From Antechinus flavipes (Eukaryota), in the NCBI RefSeq assembly GCF_016432865.1, contig NC_067400.1:620620001-620684000 (forward strand): a stretch of 64,000 nt of DNA, given 5' to 3'. Positions 24,278 to 36,185 of this stretch are shown piece by piece. The position numbers and the translations under genes are program-made. The stretch's first letter is position 1. Every line of letters starts with the position of its first letter. Under the pieces are notes generated by a model. That model was not told the DNA's origin, did no database searches, and saw only the letters and a program-made list of their open reading frames with translations.

Positions 24278-24424
24278 TTTTTCCTGTTGAGATCTATTTT
24301 ATATTTTTGTCACTTTCCTATCAGAGGAAGCAGTGAGTTACTTGAAAGGGGCAGATGCACCTCTGCAGAACAATGGGATGCTGGATAGGTTTCATCCTCA
24401 TAAAGCGGAATGGAAGCCATACTT

Positions 24425-24495
24425 TTAAAGCCTTTTTAATGTTCAGAAGTTTCCCTTTGCCTAATTAGTTCGCTACCGCCACCTGCTGTTGACTC
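24425..24495. promoter_or_regulatory. Candidate CTCF motif plus adjacent homeodomain sites
   Basis: taccgccacctgctgttga (24474-24492) matches the CTCF core. CTTTTTAATG at 24432-24441 and CTAATTAG at 24461-24468. Motif match only. Confidence 0.4.
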
Positions 24496-25011
24496 TTATC
24501 ATGACACAAATTTTCAATCTCTTTCATCAATTATGGAGATGGTGAATTTTCCTGATGTCTAAGGTTTTTGGAAAGAAGCTCCAAGGTCCAATGGTGCTGT
24601 TCCCTATGGATGGAAAGGAGGGCGATGGCAGGATCGAAGTAGGCATGTGGGATCTTCCCTGGTTTCCTGGTGACAGCTTTTATAGTTACTTCTAAGATGT
24701 TTGATGACTTTAGAGCTTTCTTTTGAGCTGAGCTGCTACTCTACAGGAACTTTGTCATTGCCTACTTGGGTTCCAGGTCCTGGTTGTTCTCATTAGTCCC
24801 CATCCATAGGTGCTACTTGCCCCTGCTTCGATTCCTGCCTTCACTGTATCCCTGGTGTTCTGATTCCTCTTAGAGTCTTCCTGAGCCTGACCTAGGCTTT
24901 CTTTACTCTTCTGAGTGTGAGGGAGAGGAGGGCCAGGGTATCTCAGCAGAAAACAGCTAGCCTCCTATCCCAATGATTCCATATTGTGTCCCTTGTCTGT
25001 CCTAAATTACT

Positions 25012-25160
25012 GATCAGTCAATAGGCATTTATTGAGTGCTTATTACATGCTAGAAATTGTCCAAAATGCTAAGGCAGAGAAGGATTAAAAACAATCTCTA
25101 TCTTTAATGATTTCATGCTCTAAAGGGAGAAACAAAAATTAAATAACTAGATACATACAA
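25012..25160 (-). mobile_element. L2 3' end
   Basis: cagtcaataggcatttattgagtgcttattacatgc is the reverse complement of the L2 tail. Confidence 0.65.
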
Positions 25161-26805
25161 ATGTAACCCCTCCAGGTCCAGAAAAAACCCCCAACAATAT
25201 TATACAATCAGCTGCATGTAATGCTGAGTGAAATGTTGTATACTTTCTGTAAATGGCTTGATCCTGTTGTTTGTAGCCAAACTCTGAGAGAGGACCACCA
25301 GGGAAATATTTAAAAGAAATTTTTTAAATGGCACAACCTTTTGAATAGTGGACTGCAGACCTCGAGATACATATTTATATGGGATTCAGGTTCCATTATG
25401 TTCCTTACCTCAAGGGACTGTAGTGATAGAGGCTCTTGAGAATGGACTTCCCGTGAGTGAAATATTTCTCTCCATCCTGATTTTAGATGAGATCTCATTT
25501 TCCTCCCAACTGAAGATCTCATTACCTCTTATTTATTATAGAGTATCCACATTCCAGATAAAATAAATGTGACCTTAGGTCATAAAATAGAGAACAATTA
25601 TAGAGTTAGAATTAACAAGAGTTGGCAGCTGATAGAATAAGTATATTATGGAGACGTGGGTGATTAAAATGATAGGAATGCAATCATTAGGGAAAAAAGA
25701 TGTTTGAAAGAGGGATGTGGATGTGTGTGTCTCTTCAAGAATTAAATTTAATTCTTAATTAAATTTTGAACATGTTTATTTCAGATGTATCTGCCTAGAA
25801 CGGAACCTTCCCAAACTTGTCAACTTCTTGGTGACAGGGGCAGTTTTCCAGTAGAGGTGATGATGAAGGCTAATTTTTCTGGTTTCCTCAATTTTCTCTA
25901 TTTTTACACTCGATACAATAATATGAAATAAAATCCACAACTATTTATAATTTTAGAAACTTTATGATAGCAATATTTCTATCATTCCCTTCATGTCCCC
26001 TTCACTCTCTCTGCACTTATACATGTACACATAAACATGGAGACATACACACACACACACATACACACACACACACACATATATATATTAAAGTCAATAT
26101 GTATGCAATTCCCTTGTTTCTACTTTCTTGAATTTGTGTTATTTCATATATCTTTATAATTTTTATCATGCTGTGCTATTGCATTATATTAATATCCTAG
26201 AATGTATTCAGCTCTACCCCAATCATTATTTATATTGCTTACAGTTTTTATTACTACAAATAATACTACTATAAATATTATTTTATATTTTCCTCATTTA
26301 AAATATTCTTATGGCAGATAATAAGGATATTGTTGGGCCAAAGGATATGATTCATTTTTATGAATGTTGCTCTCTATTAAGTTTCCCCCCAAAAAAGTCT
26401 GAATGAATTTGCAGTGTCTCCAGCAATGAATCAAAGTAACTTTTATTATTGACCTGCCAATATGATTTTGTCACTTTTGTTTGTACATATATATAATGTC
26501 TTTCAATCCCACTACTCTCCTCTGTACAATATAACATCAAAAATAGAAAACCAATAACAAATATTAAGACTTTCTGTGCTGGTCTGTGTGCTATGTCTGA
26601 AAAAGAAACTGGCTAAAACTGTGCCTTTTTCATGTGGATTTATTTAAGGATGGTGTGGTAGTAGACACCAGAAGAAAAATTCCATGGTGGATGGATAGAT
26701 TTTTGGAAAACAAAACCATTTTCTTTCTTTTTTTTTTTAAATAACAGTTTAATAGCCACTCATCTTCTGGACCTTTTAATAAGGAAATCAAATAACTCCT
26801 ATTCC

Positions 26806-27737
26806 TTAGGGATTATTCTTTCCCCTCATTAGTTTCCTGAAAGCCCCCTTCACATCCTTGTTCCGAAGACTGTAGATAAGAGGATTGAGCATGGGGATTA
26901 CAATGCAATACAATATGGAGATGATCTTATCTTCATCTCGGCTGGCTTTGTCCTGGGGCATCATGTACATGGAAATGGCAGTGCCATAGAAGATAACTAC
27001 CACAGTGAGATGGGAGCTGCAGGTGGAGAAGGCTTTCTTCCGTCCATCAGCTGAGCGCATCTTCAACACAATTACCAAGATGCGTGCATAAGAGGCTAGG
27101 ATAAATGTAAAGGGCACCAGAAGAGTTAGGGAACTGACGGCCAATATTAGCAGTTCGTAGAACTTCAGATCATTGCATGCAAGCTTGAGGAGAGCTAAGA
27201 GTTCACAGTAGAAGTGGTTGATAATGTAGTGGCTACAGAAATCTAGTGGCATGGTAAGGACCGGGACCACGGAAAGTAGAAAGGATATGAACCAGAGAAC
27301 CATTGCGAGTTGGACACAAAGCTGAGGTCTCATTTTCACTGCATAGTGCAGGGGGTCACTGATGGCTACAAAGCGATCATAAGCCATGATGGCCAGAAGA
27401 AGGCATTCTACACACCCAAGTAGAGAAGGATACACATTTGTGCCTGGCACTCTTTCAGGGAGATGATGGGAACCTTGACTAAGCAGTTGATGAGCATCTG
27501 AGGCACAATAGTTGATATGAAACAGATGTCCAGGAAGGACAGATTGCTTAGGAAGAAGTACATGGGGGTGTGAAGGTGGGGATCATACTGGATCAGGAGA
27601 AGAATGAGGCTATTTCCCAGCAGATTGACAAGATAGGATCCCAGAAGCAGACAGAAGAAGATGACTTGGGCTGTGGGATAGTCTGAGAGCCCAACCAGAA
27701 TGAAATAGGTCACATCTGTGACATTTCTTCTATCCAT
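26806..27737 (-). pseudogene. OR13H1-like: Olfactory receptor OR-3 (OR13H-like) with a single 1-bp frameshift
   Basis: ATG at 27737 (MDRRNVT). The frame breaks at TTG GGT GTG TAG (stop at 27408-27410) where paralogs read TTG GGG GTG GTA GAA. Span is 932 nt versus 933 in OR-1/2. Both halves are otherwise open with all motifs. Acceptor ttttttttcctttttgttccttcag| 17 nt before the ATG. Could be an assembly error. Confidence 0.88.
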
Positions 27738-27884
27738 AGAATTCTTTTTCCTTACTGAAGGAACAAAAAGGAAAAAAAAGTCACAACAGGTTGAAAAGTA
27801 ATTATAATAAGGTTTTTTTGCATGTATGAAAGACCAGTTTGTATGTATGTGTGTGGGGGAATTTATACCTTTTAGCTCAAAATC

Positions 27885-28773
27885 TTTCCAACAGAATTTA
27901 ATATGCAAAAGATTTATTTGAGGAAGAAATGTATGGATTAGAATGGAGACCCCAAATATGTTAAGCTGAGTCAAGAAGGTGGATGGCAAGAAAGAAATCT
28001 ACTGGCAAAGTAGGACCATAAAGAGATAGTAGAGAGGGCACGAGTGAGATTTAAGATAGTTGTGTTTGATTCCATTCTCAGAGGTCCTTTCTCCTGGTAA
28101 GAGATGAGTAGATATGATCAAAGAATGAGTGTGTAAATAGCATTGTTATCTCACTCTTTTAAGCTTCTTATTTCCAAATATAATTTAACTTGGGGTTTGG
28201 AAAAATAGTTTTAACACATGGTGAAATTTAACTAATAACTATGTTCTGGCGGCTAGGTTATTTGAATGTGGTGGGATGCTACAATTAGTTCAGTGACTAT
28301 TGACATGCCCTTGTGCTTTCTGAGTTCTCTTTTAATGTGGGAGAGCCAGGATGTATCAAAATGGTGGATGAGAACACCATCCTGGATTACAGAGAGATTA
28401 GGGACAACACTGAAAGTGCTTTTCTGACACTATGATCCTACAGAGCTATTTCCCTTCTGTGAGCTTATTCCTCCATTGTAGATGATAGGATAGGGTAGAT
28501 AATAAAAATAATGATTATGGTGATAATTGCAAAGCATTCACTATTTGCGAGATGCTGTGATAAACACTTTATAAACAACATTTATAAACATTGGAAGATA
28601 GTTCTAATATTATTCTCCTTTTAAAAATGGGGAGACTAAGGCAGAAGAGGTCAAATGGCTTACCAGCATTACAAAGCCAATAAACATGTATTTGAACTCA
28701 GGGCTGACTCAATGTCTGGTGCTCTAATGCATTAATCAGCCACCTAGCTGCTCTCTAATATTGATTATCACAA
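27885..28773 (+). repeat. Inverted repeat, left arm (889 bp)
   Basis: Reverse complement of 32669-33558. About 18 differences by hand alignment (~98%). Confidence 0.95.
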
Positions 28774-29479
28774 CCATTGCAACAACACAATTCCCTATAA
28801 AAGTGTGCCCCAAGTCAAGTCCATTGTTGATGCAATGAAAAGCTTACAGAACTTACAGAAAGACCTGGCTTACTCCTAGCCTAATAGCATACTTCCTATA
28901 TAACCCTGAGTCAAGTCCTTGTTCTTTCTCAGACTCAGTTTCCTAACTTATATAATGGGGATATAGTTGTGATCTATCTCATAGAGAATTCACAAAACTC
29001 ACAAATTATGCTAGATCTCATTTTCCTTGTTTGTAAAATGAGTAGGTATAATTAGATGAACTTTGGCATTCCTTCTGGGCTGACAATGATTATGCATTTT
29101 ATAATACTATATAGTAAAATAAAACAAAATTGGAACCCAGCACCAAGTTTATCATAGAAGCAACATGGGCAGAATGATGTAGTGGGAATATTGAATGTTG
29201 TATTTGAGGACCTTTGCGCAAGTTTATCTGTCACATGGTATCAGCAAATACTTCTGTGACTCAGTTTTCTTTTTTGTAAGTCAAAGGTATTGTATTGATT
29301 TCTTTTCAAGATTATAATGTAGAATTTTAATTAGAAAAGTCACAAGATCCAAAAGATATTGGTTTAAGAGCCAGTTAAGAGCATCTTAGGGAAGTTAGTT
29401 CTTTTCTATGAAACTTTTCTTCCTTGAAAACTATGAGTAATTATTTTTTAATTAAAAAAATATTTTCTTCCCTGCAAAG

Positions 29480-29700
29480 TAGGGATGGGCAATGGGATAA
29501 CAGAGAGAGTACTGGGTCTAAAGTCAGGAACACTCATCTTCCTGACTTCAAATCTGGCCTTAGACACTTGTATAACGTTGTATGTCACTTAACTCTGTTT
29601 GTCTCAGTTTCCTCTTTTGTAAAATGAATTGGAGAAGGAAATAGCAAGCTATTCCAATATCTTTGCCAAAAGATCCCCAAATCAGGTCATGAAGAGTCAT
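29480..29700 (+). mobile_element. Mar1-type CORE-SINE
   Basis: aagtcaggaacactcatcttcctgacttcaaatctggcc...gtctcagtttcctc...ggagaaggaaatagcaa...ctttgccaa. Confidence 0.7.
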
Positions 29701-30154
29701 TAAAATCATCAGAAGTATCATCCCTCCATCCTTCCCCTCTCAGCCTCCAGCCCCTTGAGAGTTCACCAAGGATATTTACAGGCTTTGGGGTTACAATTGT
29801 ATAGTACTTGAACCAAAGGCAAAGAAAAGAAATATAAAACAACTATATAATATATTAGCAAACAGATTGACCTTGATAGATGCATCTCCATTCATCTTTC
29901 TGTGTCCACCAAATAGAACATATATTCTTTTGGAAAGAGAGGCTATTTTAAGAGATTTCTGAAAGGGAAATAAGTCATTTAAAAAGGACTTCCCTTCTCC
30001 TAAGTCTCTATGATATATCCATCTTTGCATGAATCTTCAAGGATAGGATGAGATGGGAGAGTGTGGCCAGTCAAACCAACTTATGACGCTCTTATTCAAT
30101 GTATTTTATAAGTCTAATATGTTTTCTTCCCCCTTCTTAATTTAAGAAACATAT

Positions 30155-30306
30155 GAGGGCAGCGAGGTGGTACAGTGGATTGAGTACCAGCCCTGAGGTC
30201 AAGAGGACCTGAGTTTAAATCTGGTCTCAGACACGTGATACTTCTTAGCTGTGTGACCCTGGGCAAGTCACTTAACCCCAATTGCCTCAACAACAACAAC
30301 AAAAAA
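30155..30306 (+). mobile_element. WSINE1-type short SINE
   Basis: gggcagcgaggtggtacagtggattgagtacc...gtgaccctgggcaagtcacttaaccccaattgcctc followed by a (CAA)/A tail. Confidence 0.8.
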
Positions 30307-30820
30307 GAATATTTGCATACCGTTAATGTTATATTCAAAGAATCTTAGCTCTCGATAGCTGAAAGAATTTCCTTTATTGTTTGATGATGTCTGACTATTT
30401 TATAAGCAAAGATCCTGGAGTGCTTAGCCATTTCCTTCTCCAGTGTATCCATATTTTATGGATGAGAAATTGAATCAAACAGGTTAGGTGACTTTGCCGT
30501 GCTCACACAGCTACTTCAGTATCTGATACCAGCCTTAAACCAATCTTCCTGACTCCAGATCCATTGCTCTATCCATTGAAGTTTCCCAATATTACATAGT
30601 TTTTAAGCATCAAAATTGGGACTTAGGACAAAATTTCTAAGATTCCCATGCACTTTCCATGCTAGCAGGTTGTGTGTCTCTCTGTTAGAGTGACACAGAA
30701 AATATCTTGTTCCTCTTCCATGTGCCAGACCTAAAAATATTGTCAAATTGCAATCATGTCCCCTTGATTCAGTCTTTTTTCCATTTATAACATATTCATT
30801 TCTTTTAACAAATCCTACTA

Positions 30821-30821
30821 T

Positions 30822-30855
<34 letters not shown>
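30821..30855. repeat. (TG)n microsatellite
   Basis: Perfect TG run. Confidence 0.95.
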
Positions 30856-30857
<2 letters not shown>

Positions 30858-31179
30858 GACCTTTTACTAGCCTGGTCACCTCATTTTGTTTATGATGTAG
30901 GTTCTCATTGACCCTGTCATTATGGTCACTTCTCTCCCTTGCAAAATGGGAACAATGATCCTTCTAGTAACAATTTCAAAAAGAAGTTGTGCAACTCAAA
31001 AGAAATAATGCATAAAAGTGTTAGAAAAACTTGAGAAGGCTAAATAAATGCCAATTACTTCTCCCCTCATCGTGTAGCCTGGATTCTAATTATAATTCAG
31101 CCCCTCTTTTGTTGTGAAGTCTCAAGTATAGTACTTCTCATTGCTAGACCTTGATTACTTTTATATAAAAGAAGGGCAT

Positions 31180-31450
31180 TGAAAGTCTAGATGCTCTCAA
31201 GTCTATTCTGGTTTTACATTCTGTGTTCTGAGGAATCTTCCCACTGTGACATCTTATGTTTTATCAGCATTCCCAGAACTAATATTTTATGTTCTAAGAT
31301 CATTTCTAGGTCCTATGTTCCTTGTTCCAAAGACCCACTTTAGTCTAACTTCCTGTATTTTCAGATTTCTCTGAACTTTGATATTTTAAAATTCTGTTTT
31401 AGGAGTCTGGATCTGAAGATACTTTCCTCCTTTGACATTTTGTTTTATTT
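31180..31450. repeat. Degenerate ~30-35 bp tandem array (MIR3/L3-tail-like unit)
   Basis: Recurrent ttcc..ct.t.acatt.t.tgttct units. Similar arrays at about 40900-41105, 44085-44285, 54515-54720 and 57685-57885. Confidence 0.55.
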
Positions 31451-31655
31451 AATGAGATCCTTCAAGGAAGTCTAGTTCTCTCCTTCTTTCATGATTTTTT
31501 GTCTCAAATATGCTCTCATTGACTTCCATGTTGCCTCCTCCCATGGTTCCCTCTCATTTCCTATAGAGCATATGAAAGGAGACAATAGGAAAAAAAAATC
31601 AGAAACTGGCATTGAATAAGGAAAAATTCCTTCCCACTTCCACAGTTCCATGAAC

Positions 31656-32165
31656 ACACACCTAGGACAGAGTCTTCTCCGAAGATGTCCAGCTTCTCTC
31701 TCTCCACTGCATCATGGATGGTTTAGGCTGATGCCAAGAACCAATCAGCTTCTGCCAAAGATTAGTTCATTGAACTGGACCTCTAGAGAGGTCACCAAGA
31801 CAAAAATTTCTTTCGAGTCTTTACTTTTCAGTCACTCACACATTCATAGGAACAACCCTTTGTGATAGATAACTGGTCCTTGGATTAAGCCAAACTGAAA
31901 GAAGAAAAATAATTGGAGGAAGTCAAATTGTCCTTCACCTCTGCTCCTTTCTGTCTCTAGGGCCTACAGGAGTAGGCCTCTGTGGGAACACGTGCTCATT
32001 AAAATCAGAAGTTCTGACGGTGGCTGGGGAATCAGGAATAAACTTTCTGACTCACTTAGAATCAGAAAGTTTTTGAATGTTTGATTATTGGAGAAGATAA
32101 AAAAAAACAAACTAATGATTCAGGGGCTGAGAAAACACCTTGTGATAGCTGAGGTGAAAGAGGGG
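31656..32165 (-). promoter_or_regulatory. OR-3 promoter and non-coding first exon module
   Basis: TCATTA at 31996-32001, TAATTG at 31910-31915, O/E-like ctctgtggga, donor TAG|GTGTGT at 31656-31661. Homologous to the other modules. Confidence 0.7.
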
Positions 32166-32469
32166 CCACATTACAAGTACAATTAGTGTATTTATTGGGA
32201 TCATTAATTGATTTTGTGCATAACAGAGTAAATAGATTGCCAGAGTCTGCAGGTCAAGGGAGTAAGGAACAGAAACTCTTATTCATGGAAAGCCTACAGA
32301 CACACACACATAACATATATACACATTGTACATATACACAAACATACACATATATTTATACAAACACATATATGTATATATGTACACACATATGTATAAT
32401 GAATTTAAATCACGTAATGCTCATATTAAGAGAGATTTAAAGGTGTACTAGGGGAAGTTATATACCCTT

Positions 32470-32612
32470 GGGGTAGTTAGATATTACAGTAGATAGAACA
32501 CCAGTTCTAGAGTCAGGAGGCACTGAATTCAAATCCAGCCTCAGTCACTTAATTCTTCCTAAGTGTATGACCTTGTGCAAATTGCTTAACTCCAACTGCC
32601 TAATCAAAAAAA
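32470..32612 (+). mobile_element. WSINE1-type short SINE, diverged
   Basis: ggggtagttagatattacagtagatagaacaccag...gaattcaaatccagcctcag...cttaactccaactgcct followed by an A tail. Confidence 0.7.
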
Positions 32613-32668
32613 GACAGAGAGAGCATACATCCTCAGGATGTCAAAGCTAGTAGTGGATTTACCAGATT

Positions 32669-33558
32669 TTGTGATAATCAATATTAGAGAGCAGCTAGGT
32701 GGCTGATTAATGCATTAGAGCACCAGACCTTGGGTCAGCCCTGAGTTCAAATACATGTTTATTGGCTTTGTAATGTTGGGCAAGCCATTTGACCTCTTCT
32801 GCCTTAGTCTCCCCATTTTTAAAAGGAGAATAATATTAGAACTATCTTCCGATGTTTATAAATGTTGTTTATAAAGTGTTTATCACAGCATCTCGCAAAT
32901 AGTGAATGCTTTGCAATTATCACCATAATCATTATTTTTATTATCTACCCTATCCTATCATCTACAATGGAGGAATAAGCTCACAGAAGGGAAATAGCTC
33001 TGTAGGGTCATAGTGTCAGAAAAGCACTTTCAGTGTTGTCCCTAATCTCTCTGTAATCCAAGATGGTGTTCTCATCTACCATTTTGACACATCCTGGCTC
33101 TCCCACATTAAAAGAGAACTCAGAAAGCACAAGGGCATGTCCATAGTCACTGAACTAATTGTAGTATCCCACCACATTCAAATAACCTAGCCGCCAGAAC
33201 ATAGTTATTAGTTAAATTTCACCATGTGTTAAAACTATTTTTCCAAACCCCAAGTTAAATTATATTTGGAAATAAGAAGCTTAAAAGAGTGAGATAACAA
33301 TGCTATTTACACACTCATTCTTTGATCATATCTACTCATCTCTTACCAGGAGAAAGGACCTCTGAGAATGGAATCAAACACAACTATCTTAAATCTCACT
33401 CATGCCCTCTCTACTATCTCTTTATAGTCCTACTTTGCCAGTTGATTTCTCTCTTGCCATCCACCTTCTTGACTCAGCTTAACACATTTGGGGTCTCCAT
33501 TCTAATCCATACATTTCTTCCTCAAATAAATCTTTTGCATGTTAAATTCTGTTGGAAA
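32669..33558 (-). repeat. Inverted repeat, right arm (890 bp)
   Basis: Reverse complement of 27885-28773. Confidence 0.95.
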
Positions 33559-33782
33559 ACCTTCAGTGCTCCCCTAGCATCCACCATTCAAGAACTTCTC
33601 ATTCTATTCCCTTTAATGTACTGGATGCCAAGGGCCTCCAATATTCATTATAATACATATCCACATCAGTTAATTTTTTTGATTACTCACATCCCAATAT
33701 ATAGATAGTATTCTTTTACAAGTTATATACTTGTGATATTGTAGTAATATCTTATAAACACTACAAAATGTATGAGAGCAAC

Positions 33783-33870
33783 ACAGAGAGAGAGAGAGAG
33801 AGAGAGAAATAAAGAGAAAGAGAAAGAGAATTACACAGAGAGAGACAGAGACAGAGACAGAGACAGAGAA
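33783..33870. repeat. (GA)n/(GAGACA)n compound microsatellite
   Basis: Direct reading. Confidence 0.9.
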
Positions 33871-35869
33871 TTTTGACATTGAAGAAGAGGCAAAATCTTT
33901 GGAGATTAGGTACAAGGTCCAGAGAATAGCTGTTTCATGTTGATAGGAGAACAGTAGAAAATTAGGTGGCAATATACTCTGGTTTCCTGATGGTGGATGG
34001 TCCTCTTCCTGGATTCAAGTTGTCTAAGGCATTGGGTCTTGAGAGTTGGGTTGTAGATCTGAGAAAACTTGAATCTAGGTCCTCATCTTTTAAATAAGGA
34101 TATTGGAGGAAATTGAACCTGGGAAAATTTATAGGAGTTCCTCATTTGGGACTAGATAGGAATATGCTCTATTAGTGATTGAACAAGAGAGGGATTCTTG
34201 AACTACATTGAGCTTTCAGATAAAGAGAATAAGTACTTATGACATTTCAGGAAAAGGTAGAGGAAATTTGAAACAGAATTCAAGGGACATATCCGAAACT
34301 CCAAATTCACTTACATTGCAAGGTCTTCTCTCATAATGTGAATTTATTCCTTTTAGCCAGAGTTACAGATAAGTAAGTACCACTTATATCCTTGTGTGTT
34401 TTCCAATAAACACATATATTTTTAAATGTTTTAACAAATGCTTATAAGCTTACTTAATTTCAACCACATAAACTGACTCAAATGCATTTACTAAATTCTA
34501 CTGGTTCCATATTTATTGAGATGAAGACATGAATCATGGATTTATTATTGAATCATGGGTTTATTATTGACAAATCTCCTCAAAATCTGTCTATCCTCAA
34601 AGAACACATAAGTTACAGAAAAAGTTTAAACTTGAAGTGAGGAGATGAAGTTATGAAAATGGAAAAAGAGAGCAGAGTGTAAAGAGGAAGACAAAATATG
34701 AGCATGGAAAGACAGGAAGTGGGCAAATAAGAAAAGCATTAATAAAAGATAAGTTGGCAAGTGATGAAAAGTATTAGAAAGAGACACTATTTAGTATTTA
34801 AGGGAAAATAAGAAATGTTATTGTCCTTTATAATTGAGGAGGAATAGAATAGCATCACAATGTCAGGATTAAGTACAGTATGACTGTGTTTTATTAAACC
34901 ATGATAAGCTCAGAAAGTTCTATCATAGGTTAGGCATTTATTTAATCCATATGAATATTTGGGAATGAGATGTCTCTAAATTTGCACATTTCATGTTCTT
35001 AGGGAAGACTAAGAGGTAAGGATAGGCAGTGAGAAAAATTAAAAAAGAAATGTACAAAGTTAACAAGTGATTAAGAGTAAGGAAGTAAATAGCAAAAGAA
35101 ATTAAGTGTATATATAGTAACAGGATTTAGTAAAGGAAGCACTGCAATTTGATGTTTCTGGTAAAGCTGTTTAGTTAAAAAGTAAGAAATAATATAAGTC
35201 TAAAAAAAAGTCTGATGGACTCACAGTGGATGATTTACAGGAGATAATGGAAAACATTGTTTTAAAGTGGACAGATATGGGAGGATTGTCATTTCCATCA
35301 CTGGAGGGAATTTGATGATATTTACGATGTCATAGTTACACACACATAAACACATATATACATATATACACACAGAAATGAAGATAATACTAAGTTGTGG
35401 ATGTGAGGTTCATATGGAATGTTGTTTTCATAATTTAAAGCACTTTGTATATTTCAGCTATTACTATGGATGACATTTGTGAGAAGCTGGATCTTAAGAA
35501 GATGGATGATATAGTTTCTTATTTCTCATTGACTGAGAAACCATAGACTCTGGCTTGTCCCTGACAATTTCAGTCGATTCTTTTGCTAGTCTGGATATTC
35601 CTTGCAAATTATAAGGAAACTTTAGTTGAAAGTAGGTAGTGTCCCTTTTGTGGACAGTTTGAATATATCCTATATATTTTTAACTTCAGATTGTAACTAG
35701 ATGAGGAACTGAAAAAAAACACATCAAGGTAACAGCAGAACACTACTAGCTTTTGCACTTATAAGATAGTTTTATCAGTTTTTATTATAACATTTTTAGG
35801 TAAAAATTACATTGTTAGGTAAATTGACAAAAGACAGATTAAAGATAACAGTCAAGATGGCAAGAGTGT

Positions 35870-36185
35870 GATTGATCATTTTGCTTCCCAAAGACTGGTT
35901 AAAGGAGATACATAATATAGAAGATTTAGATAGGATTTTTTTTTTAATTTTTAAAGGCTTGAAAGGCTGAAATGTGAAGGAATGATTAGTCTCCTGTACC
36001 CAAGGAGTAAAAGCCAGAGCAATGGAAATTGCAGAGGTGGATTTCCATGAATGGAATACTTCTTAAAAGTAGAACTATACCTAAATGGGATAAGTTGCCT
36101 TAACAGGAGTTAAGTTTCCTCAAATCTGGATGCCTGTGGAGGGGATTTACAATCTTGTAACAATTAGCTTTGAGGATCTCTGAAG
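35870..36185 (+). mobile_element. CR1/L3 LINE 3' fragment
   Basis: Decayed CR1-like 3' text ending ...tagctttgaggatctctgaag at the duplication breakpoint. Confidence 0.5.

Noticed and set aside
25162-25550. Possible second solo LTR (TGTAAC...CACA) next to an L2 tail
   Set aside because: No target-site duplication found, and the TATA/polyA order is not clear.
30155-30230. tRNA-like A/B boxes as a tRNA gene
   Set aside because: They are SINE heads followed by CORE sequence and a tail. No cloverleaf or anticodon arm is evident.
33322-33708. 128-aa ORF sharing the peptide PSTFLTQLN...KFCWK with the 27408-27989 ORF
   Set aside because: Fully explained by the inverted repeat. Not a gene.
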